A stretch of 63,139 nt of DNA, filler included, from Chiloscyllium plagiosum (GCF_004010195.1; 4 parts of one record of this genome joined end to end with filler, not necessarily neighbours in it), one strand, 5' to 3'; positions 1 to 12,912 are shown, counted from the first letter of the whole stretch. The notes: generated from the letters alone by a model not told the origin. Numbers and translations: made by a program.

Positions 1-2070
1 ACTGTTCATCCTGTTGTATCATATATAACCTTCTTCACTGTCCACATTACCACCAATTTCAGTGTCACCCAAAAGACTTACTTACCAGGAAACCAATATT
101 CCCATCCAAACCATTTATCCAAATGACAAACAACAGGGGACCCACTACACCGCTGGTCACATGCCTCCAGTCAGAAAAACAACATGTCTCCCACCACTTT
201 CTCCTACCATCAAGGCAATTGTGTAACCAGTTCACTAGCTTCTCCTGAATGCCATATCCTTTTACACTGATCTGAGCTTATTACCCAGTTTACCATACAG
301 AACGTAGAACACAGAACAGTGCACCACAAGACCCTTCGGCCATGATGCCACGCCAACCTTTTATCCGACTGTAAGATCAAACTAACCTACATGCCCTTCG
401 TTTTATTGCCACCATATGTGTATTAAATGTATTATCCATGAGTGTATTAAATGTCCCTAATGTATCTGACTCTCCGACCACCGCTGGCCGTGCATTCCAC
501 ACACCCCACACAAACTTTGTGTAAATAACCTGCATCTGAAATCTCTCCTTAACCATCCACCATGTATGCCATGATATAAAGAAGTCTCTACTATTCACTC
601 TCTCTGTGCCTCACATCATCTTGTTCACCTCTACCAACTCGCCCCTCACCCTTCTTCACTCCAATGAGAAAAGCCGAACCTCCCTCAACCTTTGTTCATA
701 AGACATGCGCTCCAGCACAGGCAACATCCTGGTAAATCTCCAATTTACCCTCCCTAAGCTTCCACTGCCTTCCTGTAATGAGGGGATGAGAACTGAACAT
801 AACATCACAAGTGGGGTCTAACTCGGGCTCTATGGAGTTGCAGAATAACTTCACTGCTATAAAACTCAATCCCCCATCAACTGAAAGCCAACACAACATA
901 TTCCTTCATTACAACCCTATCAGCTTGGGTGGCAACTTTGAGGGATCGATGGACGTGGAACCCAAGATCCCTCTGTTCCACAACAGAGCCAAGTATTCTG
1001 AATTAACCCTGTATTCTGCATTCAAGTTCGGCCTTCCAAAATGAATCATTTCACACTTTTCCAGATTGAGCTCCATCTGCCAATTCTCAGCCCAGCTCTG
1101 CATTCTGTCAATACCCTGCTGCAACCTACAACAGACCTCCACACTATCCACCATTCCACCAACCTCCATGTCATTGACAAAATTACTAACCCATTCTTCC
1201 ACACCCACATCCGAATCGTTTATAAACAAACACAAATAGCAGAGGTCCTGCAACTGATACCTGCAGAACACCACTGTTCACCGAGCTCTATACTGAATGC
1301 TTCTCATCTATCACCATCCTCTGTCTTCTATGAGCCAGGAATTCTGTATCCAGACAGGTTTCCTGTATCCCATGCCTCTGTACTTTCTGAATGAGCCATA
1401 AAGGATTCAATAAGATTTGTGAGGGAGAGACCTGTCCCTTACAAAGCCACGCTGACTATCTCTAATCAAATTATAGTTTTCTACAGAGTCATAAATCCAT
1501 TCTCTCAGAGTCCTCTCCAATAAATTGAATACCACAGACATAAGAAAGTGAAGTCTGTAATTCCCAGGATTATCCCTATTCCCTTTCTTGAACAAGGAAG
1601 TAACATTTGCTACCCTCCAATCATCTGGTCGGATTCCGGTGGACAGTGTGGATGCAAAGGTCATCACCAAAGGTGCAGCAATCGTTTCCTGTAGTAACTT
1701 TGGGCATATCCCGTCTGGTCCAACAGACTTATCTATCTTTATGTTTTACACAAATCTTAGCACATCCTCCTTCTTAGCATCCACCTGTTTATATATATTA
1801 GTCCTTTTCACGCTGTCCTCACAGATGACAAGTTGCCTCACATTAGTGAATACTGAAGCACAGTATGCATTAAGGATCTTCCCTAACCCCTGTCACTCCA
1901 GGCACATGTTCCCTCCACTATCCCTGACCGGCCCTACCCTCACTCTGAACATCCTCTTGTTCCTCACATAAGTGGAGAATGCCTTACGGTTTTCCTTAAT
2001 CTTTCCCAAAAAAGCTTTTGCATGTCCCATTCTAGCTGTCCTAAGTCCATTTTTCAGTTCTTTCCTGGCT
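1..2070 (-). mobile_element. Nested, degenerate CR1-clade (HER1-like) LINE ORF2 fragments: a younger copy from ~300 inserted into an older RT fragment
   Basis: Minus-strand ORFs give CR1 RT peptides (DDWRVANVTSLFKKGNRDNPGNYR, SWAENWQMELNLEKCEMIHFGR, KAFSTYVRNKRM). An antisense 3' tail (agaacgtagaacacagaacagtgcac) lies at ~298. Many stops and frameshifts. Confidence 0.9.
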
Positions 2071-2084
2071 ACATTCAGAGAGTC

Positions 2085-2428
2085 TCCAGAGTGTGGAAAC
2101 AGGTCATTTGGCCCAACAACTCCATACGGACCTTCTGAAGAACATCCCGCCGAAAACCATTCCCCCACCCTATTACTTTCCATTTACCCTGACTAACGTA
2201 TCAATCCTGCACTTCCCTGAACACTATGGGTAATTTAGCATGGCTGAATCACCTAATCTACACATCGTTGAACGGTGGGTTGAACCTGGGGCACCTGGAG
2301 GAACCCCACGCAGACATGGGGAGAACGTGTAAACTCCACACAGACAATCGCCTGGGACTGGAATCGAAAGCGGGTCACTGGTGCTATAAGGCAGCCATGC
2401 TAACCACTGAGCCATCGTGCCGCCCCCA
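2085..2428 (-). mobile_element. HE1-like V-SINE (tRNA-derived)
   Basis: The minus strand begins gggcggcacgatggctcagtggttagc (A-box) with a degenerate B-box, followed by the V-domain tgtgtggagtttacacgttctcccc...gggttcctcc. Confidence 0.85.
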
Positions 2429-2429
2429 T

Positions 2430-3150
2430 GTAACCCTATAGAGATCTAACGATCCTCGTGTCCTCAACCTTATGGAAGCGTCGTTGTTCCTCTGGACGAG
2501 ATATCGTACATCCCTTGGAACCTTATCAAAAGCTTTGCTGAAGTCCATGTAGACAATGTTGACTGCTCTGCCTTCATCTATCTCTTGGCCACCTCTTGGA
2601 AGAGTCAATTCGGTTTGTGAAACACGGTTTCCCACTCACAAAGCCATGCTGACTATCTCTAATCAGCCCTTGCCTTTCCAAATATATATGTAGCTCTTTT
2701 CTCTCAGAACCTCCTCCAACAACTTACCCAGCACTGGGCTCACTGGACTGTAATTTCCTGGCTTTTCCCTGCAGCCCTTACAGCATTAACCACCCTCCAG
2801 TCTTCCGGCACCTCACTGTGTCTGTTGATAATATAAATATCTCTGTTCGCGACACTGCAATCTCTTCCCTAGCTTCCCACAATGTTCTAGGATAAACCCA
2901 ATGAGCTACTGAGTATTGCTCTACCTTTATTTGTTTTAAGATTCCAGCACTTTCTCTTCTCTGTTGAGGATTCTTTCCAAGATATCACTATTTATTGCGT
3001 CAAGCTCCCGATCCTCCATGTCTTTCTACATAGTAAATTCAGACAAGATTTTTTTTTAGTTTAAGATCTCACCCATCTCCTCTGGTTCCACACATAGGCG
3101 ACCTTATTGATATTGAAGGGGCCCTATTCTCTTCCAAGTTATTCTTTAGA
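2430..3150 (-). mobile_element. CR1 ORF2 fragments
   Basis: Peptide [20 protein letters not shown] in ORF 2384..2635(-). Confidence 0.8.
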
Positions 3151-5150
3151 CCTTACTGAAACGTGCATCAAGGCTTCTGAAAATTCATATCGTACATTTC
3201 CCCCATACCACCACATCCCCACATCCTTATCTATTCTGCCATTCACATTCACACCAACAAATCCAACAGGCTCAAAAACACATTCTCCTTTATAAAATGT
3301 GTTTCTAAGGTTTCAGTTATTATTTTATTGATAGTTCCTTTCTCACTCCTTTCAGCATGCTCCTGACTTACTGTCAGGCTAACACTATTTGGTTTCAGAC
3401 AGGCAGCAGAAAGGGTTGAGGGAATTCTTGTTTATCAATCTGAAAAAGGTAGCTTACAGAGTCATCAGGTAATAGAGAAGACGAATCAAATGCTGCGACT
3501 TATTGCAAAGGGAATGGAGCCTAAAAATAGGAAGGTCTTGCTAAAACTATACGAGATATAAGTCAGACCACACCCAGAATACTATGAACAGTGTGAGTGC
3601 CGGAAGAAAAGATATGCTTACATTGGAGGCAGGTCAGAGAAGGGTCCCTTGGTTGGTCCTGGGAATGGATGAATTTCCCAATAAGGGATGGAGTAGGTTG
3701 AGGTTGAACCCATTGAAGTTTAGAAAACATGAGAGAAAAAGTGAATGTAAGATTCAAGATTCAGAAGAGCTTTGATCAGGTAGATGCTGGAAAGGAGGAA
3801 ATTAGAAAGTACAGCACAGCAATAGGCCCTTCGGCCCACCATGGCTGTGTCGACCATGATGATATTCTCAACACATGCCATCTGCCCCCACATGGTCCAT
3901 ATCCCTCCATTCTCTGTCTGTTCAATGATGTTATTGAAAATCATCTAGTATACAATCCAGGATCCTAGCACTGATACTCATTAGTTATCTCGTGCGGATG
4001 GAGACCACTGTCACACACAGATACTGTACTGCCCTTGCTGCAAGTATATTCAGTGTCCTGACTGTAGCCATATTTGCATCCCTATCACTGGTTGGTCCCT
4101 ATAAAAGAATTCCGCCCAATGATTGCTGCTGTTTGTTCATTCCCTGCTCCATCCAAATCGCCTCCAAATTTTGGACTTCAGTTCCACGTGGCAATTTCAT
4201 TACTGCACTAACCTCATCCTTTCTTCACACCTTGTTGCCTTTTTGCCTAGCCTGCCTCGATCCCAACAATCCTTCAATATTCCCTTCCCAGCGATGGTCA
4301 TTCTGCAGCTACATCTCCGGAATGATGGTTCCATCATATCTGTTCACTGTCATTCCATCTCCCTTATGTCGAATGCAGGGAGTCATTCCTCAGCAGTGGG
4401 GAAGGTTGTAGCGACTGAACACGTTCACAGATATAAGAAAGCTTCCAGGTTCAGGAAGACTACATAGATAGGAAGGCAATGGAGAATGCCAGATTACTGG
4501 TATGGAGACAGCTACACAGATGGGGAGGGTTGCACAAATTGGAAGAGGTTCCTGTGGTCAGGCGGGTTGGTGGGGACAGGGTGAAGTTTATATAGATTAA
4601 GACTGAAGGTTTGGAGAACGATAAGGAAGTTCTGATTTTTTCACAGAAAGGAAGGGTTGTAGGAGCTGGCGAAGTTTACCCAGATAGGGACGGATGGAGA
4701 GGTTTAAGGCAAATGCATTGACATAGAGAGTGGTGTTGTTAGGAGGGGCTCACAGGGACAGACAAGACTGTGGGGTTTACAGGGATGAAGGAATTTAGTA
4801 TCCACTGGCGAAGTTTTGGGATTAGGGTGCTAGGGATTGGAGAACCTGACAGAAACAGAGGGCATTGTGTGGACGAGAGAAGCTTCCAAACAGAGGAAGG
4901 ATATCGGCACTGGAGGATATTACAGAGATCACTACTACAATATGGGCCAGGATTGATCGTTGGGACTTCGGTGCTGACTCAGTGAGGACCAGTACAGCAA
5001 AGGTGAAAGCAGGACCGTTACAAGATGGTGGGAATGAAGCCTAGAATGTTGCTGTTCATTGCCCAGCTCTGTATCTATGTCTTGTCTTCCGTGTCTGAAT
5101 ACAGAAGGCCACAAACTCCTCCATGTGCTGTTTACTGTGAGTGATCTTAC

Positions 5151-5262
5151 CGGCTGCAGGATTTACTGAAGGCTCCAGACCTCGCTCTCCATCTCTCTCT
5201 GGCTAACCAAGCATCTTCAATGAGGTGATGAAAGAGACAGGATTTAACAACATCCTGATTAC
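5151..5262 (-). other. Exon-like cassette A, copy 1 (112 nt) of an unidentified duplicated host gene; in-frame stop
   Basis: Minus strand: pyrimidine-rich acceptor ...ttccctctcatgcag| and donor CCG|gtaagat. The ATG at 5214 reads MLG*PERDGERGLEPSVNPAA to a phase-1 donor. Paralogs at 19795, 46661 and 55540. Confidence 0.5.
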
Positions 5263-5331
5263 CTGCATGAGAGGGAAATAGACAGAATGGAGAATTAGAC
5301 TGATGCAGTGAGGATGCCTCATGTAGAGTAG

Positions 5332-5504
5332 GAGTAAGTGAGGACTGCAGATGCTGGAGATCAGAGCTGAAAATGTGTTGCTGGAAAATCGCATCCAGGG
5401 AACAGGAGATTCCTGAAGAAGGGCTTATGCCCAAAACGTCGATTATCCTGTTCCCTGGATGCTGCTTGATCTGCTGCGCTTTTCCAGCAACACATTTTCA
5501 GCTC
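5332..5504. mobile_element. Fold-back Penelope-derived mini-element with a hammerhead core and 14-bp TSD
   Basis: Perfect 25-bp inverted repeat 5364-5388 / 5480-5504, with an inner IR gcatccagggaacagga / tcctgttccctggatgc. TSD ctcatgtagagtag at 5318-5331 and 5502-5515. Absent from the paralogous site at ~55470-55495. Confidence 0.8.
5403..5450 (+). ncRNA. Minimal type I hammerhead ribozyme motif, degenerate (GAAA box reads AAAA)
   Basis: CTGAAGA (5413-5419), stem II gggc-ttat-gccc, AAAA, CGTC. Stem I is caggagattc / gattatcctg. Confidence 0.6.
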
Positions 5505-7017
5505 ATGTAGAGTAGCACTGAGTCCAGCAGAGATCACAAAAATCCTAGTCTCTGTCCCTGGCCTGTGCTATTGTCGATCAGAGGATTATTTTGGCTCAGG
5601 ATCTCAGACCAGTTGCAAGAGTGAGAGAAGCTGACAGAGGCAGCAATTAGACCCACACAGTGAGGGATACCACATAGAGAGATAATGAGTGCTATCACCA
5701 GTGTGCAGGAAAGTGTCAGGATCAAACAACGGTCATGGTGAAAGGGTTTCGATTCATGGTGCACGGGGATAAGTACTCAGTGACGGGTGAACTACGAGTG
5801 GGACAGCTGATGACCTTAGGTTATTCTCACCATACTGTTCATCCAGAATTTAATGCCGGTGTCAGCTAAACCCATCTAACTGCTTAATAGCCTTTAAGGA
5901 AGGAAATCGGTTATTGACAGCAGGTCTGGCCTACATGTGAGCCTGAAATGACCTGGCAAGCAACTCAGCTCAAGTGCAGCTCGGAGGTGGACATGAAATG
6001 CTGGCCAGAATGAAACAGCAACATCCCACGATGGAATTAAAAACAACCGTGCTGGGAGCAGTGTCCTGGCCAATCATGTCGATAGGTTTATGGACAGGAC
6101 TTTAAACTGACAGAGAGAATGCAGGGACAAGGTTCAGATGAAAGGAGCTTTCCAAATCCAAATAGAAAACGTGAAGCATCGGAACAGCATGGGAATGTGG
6201 CTGAAGACAACCAGAAAGGAACAGGAAGGGACAGAGTTTAACTATAACTGTACATCAGTGAATTAGGCTGTGACAGGCAATTCTGGGAAAAAGTTAGTTT
6301 CAATATTCTTTCTTTGAAATGGACGAAGCAATAAGGTAATAGACTTGTGATGACAGAGATTAAATAATATTCGGTCACCAAAAAGATGTGGTTACAGGAG
6401 AAACAAAAGGTGGAACATAAATATTCTATTGTACCCATCCTTGAGGGGTGTCAGGGAATACAGGATAGGTAACCCTGACAGTAATGGGTAACAAAGACAT
6501 TACAGAGAAAGAAGTTGGCCTCAGATGATGCAGCTAAATCAGCCTGAATGCAGATTATGAGTAATATATGTCAAAAACACAAGCAGAAGGCTGCCTAACA
6601 ATATTTCATTTCTCAACCCTGTTACACATTCCAATGAATTCCTGTGTAATGCAAAGGCACTGTGATAATTTTGGGAGACTTCAATCTTTGTCTAAAATGA
6701 TATTCTCCGAACTCCTCTCCGAATGTTTGTGTCAGTATATCTTTGAACAACACATTGAGTAAATGGCCTGGGATGTGACTGTCTCAGATCGATCATTGGG
6801 AGATGAAGCTGAGTGAAGGAGTAATGTCACACTGAGATATCGTCTGGGAAATTGTAGTATAGTGGAATTCAAAGAGATGAAGAATTTTAAAGTGACCATA
6901 AAGCACACCCTACAATCACAACCAAAGCCATTGATATGTATTTGAGAGGGGAACTGACCAAGGTAAACAGGGGAAACAGTGAAGTGTGTGGCTGATAATG
7001 GACAGTGGAAAACATTT

Positions 7018-8415
7018 ATAGTCATAGAGATGTACAGCACAAAAACAGGGCCTTCAGTGTCCAACTTGTACACCCCACCCACATATCCTAACATAATATT
7101 GTCTTATTTGCCAACACTTGGCCCAAAGCCCCCTCAACCCTTCCTGTTCGTATACCCATCCAGATGCCTTTTAAATGCAATAATTGTACTAGTCTCCACC
7201 ACTTCCTCTAGCAGTTCATTCCATACATGCATCACCCTCTGCCTTTTGTATCTTTCCCCTCTCACCCTGAAGCTAGGCTGTTCAGTTGTGGACTCCACTA
7301 CCTCAGGGAAAAGTCCTTCTTAGTTAAACCTATCCATGCCTCTCATGATTTTATAAATCTCTGTATGGTTACCCATCAGCCTCAAATACCCCAGCCCATT
7401 TAACCTTTCGCTGTAGCTCAAATCTTCCAATCCTGGCAACATCCTTATAAATCTTTTCTGAAACCTTTAAATTTACACAACATCCTTCCGATAGGAAGGA
7501 GACAAGTATTGCACGCAATATTCCAAAAGTGACTTATCCAATGTCCTGTACAGCCAGAACGTGACCTCCTAACTCCTCTACTCAATGCTCTGATCAGTAA
7601 ATGCAAGCATACCAAACACCGTCTTCACTATCCTATCTACCTGCAACTCCACTTTCAAGGAGCTATGAACCTGCAAACCAAAGTTTCTTTGTTCAGCAAC
7701 ACTCCCTAAGAACATAACATTAAGTGCATAAGTCCTGCTGGGATTCGCTTTCCCAAAATTAAACTCTAAATTAAACTCCATCTACCACACCTCAGCCCAT
7801 TGACCCACCCGATCCAGATCCCGTTGTAATCTGAGGTAACATTCTTCGCTATCATAACACCTCCAATTTTGGTGTCATCTGCAAACTTACTAACTACACT
7901 TCCTTTGTTCACATCCAAATCATTTATATAAATAACAAAAATAGTGGATCCAGCATCGATCCTTGTGGCACTCCACTGGTTACAGGCCTCCAGTCTGAAA
8001 AACACCACCACCACCCTCTGTCACCTTACTGAAGTCCATACCGCTCACATTGACTGCTCTGCTCTCATCGATCCTTTTTGTTATTTCTTCAAAAACCTCA
8101 ATTCAATTTCTTGAGACATGATTTCCCACGCACAAAGCAATGCTGACTATCCCTAATTAGACACTGCCTTTCCAAATACATGCAAATCATGATTCCCTCC
8201 TTGAACGTGCCACCGCTGATGTCAGGCGGACCGGTCTGTAGTTCGCTGGCTTTTCCTTACCATCTTGTTTAAATCGTGGCACCACATTAGCCAACCTCCA
8301 GTCTTCTGGCATCTGACCAGGGACTATCGATGATACAAATATTTCAGCAAGGGGCCCAGCAATCACTGCCCTAGCTTGCCACAGAGTTCGAGGGTACACC
8401 TGATCAGATCCTGGT
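7018..8415 (-). mobile_element. 5'-truncated CR1 LINE (RT to 3' tail)
   Basis: Peptides [25 protein letters not shown] and PEDWRLANVVPRFK. An antisense tail atagtcatagagatgtacagc starts at 7018. It interrupts sequence that continues uninterrupted in the paralog at ~21690. Confidence 0.88.
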
Positions 8416-9099
8416 AAGGTCCGAGGGAGTGTTGCTGAACAAAGTAACCTTGGAGTGCAGGTTCATAGCTCCTCGAAAGTAGGGCCTACAGGTGTACATG
8501 GAGATGGGGAGATTGGAAGGGATGGAGCAACTTACAGGTGAAGGATGTTGGTAGGATGGGAAGTTTCACACAGACAGCAGTGGTTTTGGTGAATGGAGCA
8601 GATTATGGAAATCAAGACCGTTTTATAGATTAGAAGAACACACAGCTATGTGGAGGGCAGTCGCGACTGAAGATGTTTATAGTTAAAGAAAGAATAAAGT
8701 TCTGCAGGTTATTTAGATATAGAGGATGTGGAGTCGGACATTTTTACCAGGAGGAAAGGACCGTAATTTTGGTTAGAGACAGTTTCACTGATAAGGGAGC
8801 ATTAGTAACCTCCTCCAGTTTGGTCAAATTGCGAAGGGTTGTCGGGGAGGGTGACGTTTCCACAGATAGGGGTGTAACAGCTGGACAAGGTTATGGAGAT
8901 GAGTGGACTGATGGAGAGACTGGAACAGCTTGCATTGACAGTGTGAGAGATGTCCACAGGAGGATGTTACACATATAATGAGTCTTTTCGGAAGTGAATC
9001 AGATAGTCACAGGCATTGGAGTGAGTTCTACAGATCAGGAGTGCTGCAGGGACTTGAGAGGATTGTACGGTCTCCACAGATTGATTGTATCTTTCGGAC

Positions 9100-10960
9100 T
9101 GGAAAAAGATACAAATAGCTTAAAGTCAATGTATGCTGCTTTCTTTTTCCTGAACAGAGCCTCAAGATCTCTCATCAGCAAGGGATCTCTGAACCTGCCA
9201 GATTTTCCCTTCAAACACACTGGCCTTGGATTCCTGAGATCACACTTTTAAAAGCCTCCCATTTGTCAGCCATTCCTTTTCCTTCAAACAGACACAACCA
9301 ATCGATGGTAATCATAATGTGGAGGAGACGTTGTTGGACTGGGGTGGACAATGTTAAAAATCACACAACACCAGCTTCCAGTCCAGCAGGTTTATTCGGA
9401 GGCACTAGGTTTCAGAGCGCTGTGTGTTCATCAGGTGGTAGTGGAGGACAATCATAAGGCTCAGAATTTATAGCAACAGGATAGCAGTGTCATGGAATGT
9501 AATACCAAACACATTTAGTGTCAGCCTTTCACCTGCGCTTCGAAAGCTGGTGCTTCGAAATAAACTTGTTGGACTTAAACCTGCTGTTGTGCGATTTTTA
9601 ATTCACCTAATCAACCTCGCCTCGATTCTGTCAAATTGCCCCAAAGTTGGCCCTGCTCCAGTTTCACACCTTAATCTGTGGACCTGTTTGATCTTTTTCC
9701 ATAACTATGTTAAAACCAGACAGTTGTGGTCACTGACTGACTATTCAGTCACTTGCCTGACCACATTGTCTTAGGGGAGGTCCAGTGTTGCACCCGCCTG
9801 AGCAGAGTTAGACCTCGTTCGAGTTACATCTTGATTTAAGAAAATTTCTTGGACACATTTGACAAATTGCACTTCGTACGGGCCTTTTAGGTTGTGGGTG
9901 GCCCAGTCAATCCAAGGAAAATTAAAATCTACAACCAATACTACATTATTATTTCATTAGGTATGTGCAATCTCTCTACACATCTGCTCCTCTAGTATCC
10001 GCTGGCTATTTGGGAATCTTGAACACTGTCACAACTGAGTGCCCACCCCCTTTTTGTTTCTAACGTCTTAACATATGGCCTCATTTGATTACTCTTAAAG
10101 AGTATCCTCTATATGCGCTGTTGTTCTGACCTCCCTCATCAAAATGGCAGCTCCCCCTCCTCACTTACTTGTCCTTCTGATACACCTATAGCTTCTGTAT
10201 CCTGGAACACTGAGCTGCAGTCCTGCCCTTCTCTCAGCCATGTTTCTGTTATGGTTATAATGTCCCAGTCCCCAGAGCAAATCCGTGCTCTGAGCTCGTC
10301 TTCCTTACCAGTCAGGCCTCGTGCATTGAAATAAATGCATGTTAAACCAGACGTCTTTTCCCTCTCTTGACTGTGCCCCTGGATATCCCGAATAGCAAAC
10401 TTGTTCTCGATGGCTGATGCATTTTCTCGCTGACTGGTCGATAGGCCCTCCCTTATTGAGAGTCCCTGCCAAACCTTTTTAAACCCTCCCCGAATAATAC
10501 TAACAAATCTCCCCACCAAGATACTGGTGTCCCTCTGGTTCAAGTCAAACCCGTCATCTTGTATAGGTCACCTCTACCTCAAAAGAGATCTCAATGATCC
10601 AAACCTTACCCCCGCCCCCCGCCCCACCCCCCAGCTCCTGAGTCACACATTTATCCGGCCTATCTTTCTATTTCTATCCTCACTGGGGCAGGTGGCACTG
10701 GGAGCAATTCTTACCTAACTCCTGATACTCATTTCACAGGACCCCATCCCATTGTCTACCTCTGTCATGTGGAGCGATGTGCACAATGACCTCTGGCTAT
10801 TCACCCTCCCCTTCAGAATGTTCAGGAACCGCTCAGAGACATTCTTGACTCTGGTTCCCAGGAGGCAGCACCTCTTCCTGGGGTCTCTTCTGCTTCCACA
10901 CAGTCTCCTGTCTGTCCCGCTCACAATTGAATCTCCTATCAGTATCACTTTCATTTGAGA
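9100..10960 (-). mobile_element. CR1 LINE 5' portion: ORF1 SGNH/GDSL esterase-like domain and ORF2 AP-endonuclease start (degenerate)
   Basis: ILIGDSIVSGTDRRLCGSRRDPRKRCCLLGTRVKNVSER (ORF1 esterase) and CIYFNARGLTGKEDELRARICSGDWDIITITETWL (APE N-terminus). Confidence 0.85.
9305..9605. mobile_element. Penelope-derived fold-back element inserted in CR1
   Basis: Inverted arms aaaaatcacacaacaccag...gcactag (9356-) and ctggtgc...ctgttgtgcgattttt (-9600). A decayed hammerhead core CTGATGA...GAAA lies on the minus strand at ~9405-9434. Confidence 0.65.
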
Positions 10961-11039
10961 GGATCTGGCAAACATACACTGGGAAGACTATCTGCAGTTT
11001 GTCCATATTTGGAAAGTGGGAATATGTTAAAGTGATACT

Positions 11040-12350
11040 GTGAGAATTCAGGGCCAGTGTGTTCCTGAGCAGGGAATAGTAAAGGCTGCAAATCCAGTGA
11101 ATACTTATCAAGCGACATCGTGAGTTTGATAAAGAAAACACAGTGCAATAAAACCAGGTGAAGCCATTCAAAAGTATAGGGACTGCAAGGATACCCTTAG
11201 AAATGAGGGACACACAATGACCATAAAATATCCTTGTCAGATACTATTAAGGAAAAAACACAAGGTATTTTATCAGTATATTTAGAATAAGAGGATTACT
11301 GAAGAAATAGTGAGGCCTGTTAGAAACCAAAGAGACAATCTGTGCATGAAGCCATAGGAAGTAGGTGAGGTCTTCAATGAATAATTCTCATCTGTATTCA
11401 CACAGGAGCCAGGGATTTTAGTTGGGATGGTGAGGTTCGAGAACATGTTAAGATCAATACGTAGGAGGTATTAAATGTTTTCACAGGCATAAAGCTGGAG
11501 AAATCCCCAGTGTCCAATAAAATGTATCCCGGCTGCTATGGGAGGTAATGCAGGAGTTTGCAGGGGCCCTGGTGGATATATTTAATAGTTTTCTGGTCAC
11601 AGATGAAGTGCCGAATGACTGGAGGATAGCTAATGTGGTTCCTTTGTTCAGGAGCAGCAGGGATAGGCCAAGTAATTACAGAGCAGATAGTCTGACAGCA
11701 GGGGAGGGACATTATTGGAAACAATTCTGAGGATGAATCAACACTTACAAAGGTAAGGATCATCTCGGCTCAATTCTCACGGATTTGGGAGAGGAAGATA
11801 CTGTCTGAGAAATTCAGTGGAGTTTTTTGAAATGGTGTCTAAAAGTATTGATGAGGGCAGTGCAGATGGTATATGGAATTGAATAAGGCCTTTGACAAGT
11901 TCACACACGGAAGGCTGATCCAAAAGTAAGGAGCCATTGGATTCCAAGGCAAGTTGGTAAATTGGATCCACAATTGGTGGGCAGACTGCTTCGTGTTTGA
12001 AATTCCTTCACCAGTGGGTGTACCACAGGGATCTGTACAGGAACCATTGCTGGTTATTATGTGCGTTAACAACTCGGATGTGAAAGCAGAATGAACCATT
12101 CGTCTGCTCGCAAATGACATGAAAGGCGAGGTTTTGTCCACAGTGCGGCGGTTGATCTCAGTCTACAGTTCAATGTCTTTCAGATGGTAATTTGAGCAGG
12201 GTTTAGTTCTGATCGAAGTGAGATAATACTCTGTGGGAGTTACGATAAGCGACGGACAGACATAATGAACGGTAGGTCCTTGTGGAGTACTGAGGAATAC
12301 AGGGACCTTGGTGGACAAGTCCATAGATCCCTGAAGGTATCAGCACAGGG
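11040..12350 (+). mobile_element. Degenerate CR1 ORF2 fragment
   Basis: Peptide EVPNDWRIANVVPLFR and a PQGS-like motif (gtaccacagggatctgta) at ~12020. Confidence 0.8.
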
Positions 12351-12685
12351 ATTCAGGGTGGGGAATGGACCTGACCTGGGGGTGGGATGAGGACCAACAT
12401 TGTGGTGGGGCAAATTACTGGAGCGGCTTGAGAGTGTATAAACTAGTCTGGCAGGGGTTTGGACCGTAAACTGTCATAAAGACAGAAAGAAGATTGAGGC
12501 TGGTACACAAGTTAAAGAGAGCAATTTCAACAGACAAGGCAGGCAAGAACATAGCAAGGAGTACGGAACAACTGATGATTAACCTGCATTTATTTCAATG
12601 CAAGGGGCCTGACAGCTAAGGAAGATGAACGTAGGGATGGATGGGAATATGGGACTGGGAGATTATAGTTATCATTGTGCTACTA

Positions 12686-12912
12686 TCTGTGTGGAATATG
12701 CACATTCTCCCCGTGTCTGCGTGGGTTTCCTCCGGGTACTCTGGTTTCCTCCCACAGCCCAAAGATGTACAGGTGAGGTGAATCGGCAATGCTAAGTTGC
12801 CCGTAGTGTTAGGTGAAGATGTAAATGTAGGGGAATGGGTCTGGGTGGGTTGCCCTTCGGAGAGTCCAAACAGCCTGTTTCCACACTGTAAGTAAACTAA
12901 TCTAATCTAATC
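12686..12912 (+). mobile_element. HE1-like V-SINE, 5'-truncated
   Basis: V-domain tgtgtggaatatgcacattctccccgtgtctgcgtgggtttcctccggg, and a 3' end ctgtttccacactgtaagtaa followed by (ctaat)n. Confidence 0.85.

Noticed and set aside
2350..2428. tRNA gene
   Set aside because: The A and B boxes belong to a SINE head; no complete cloverleaf.
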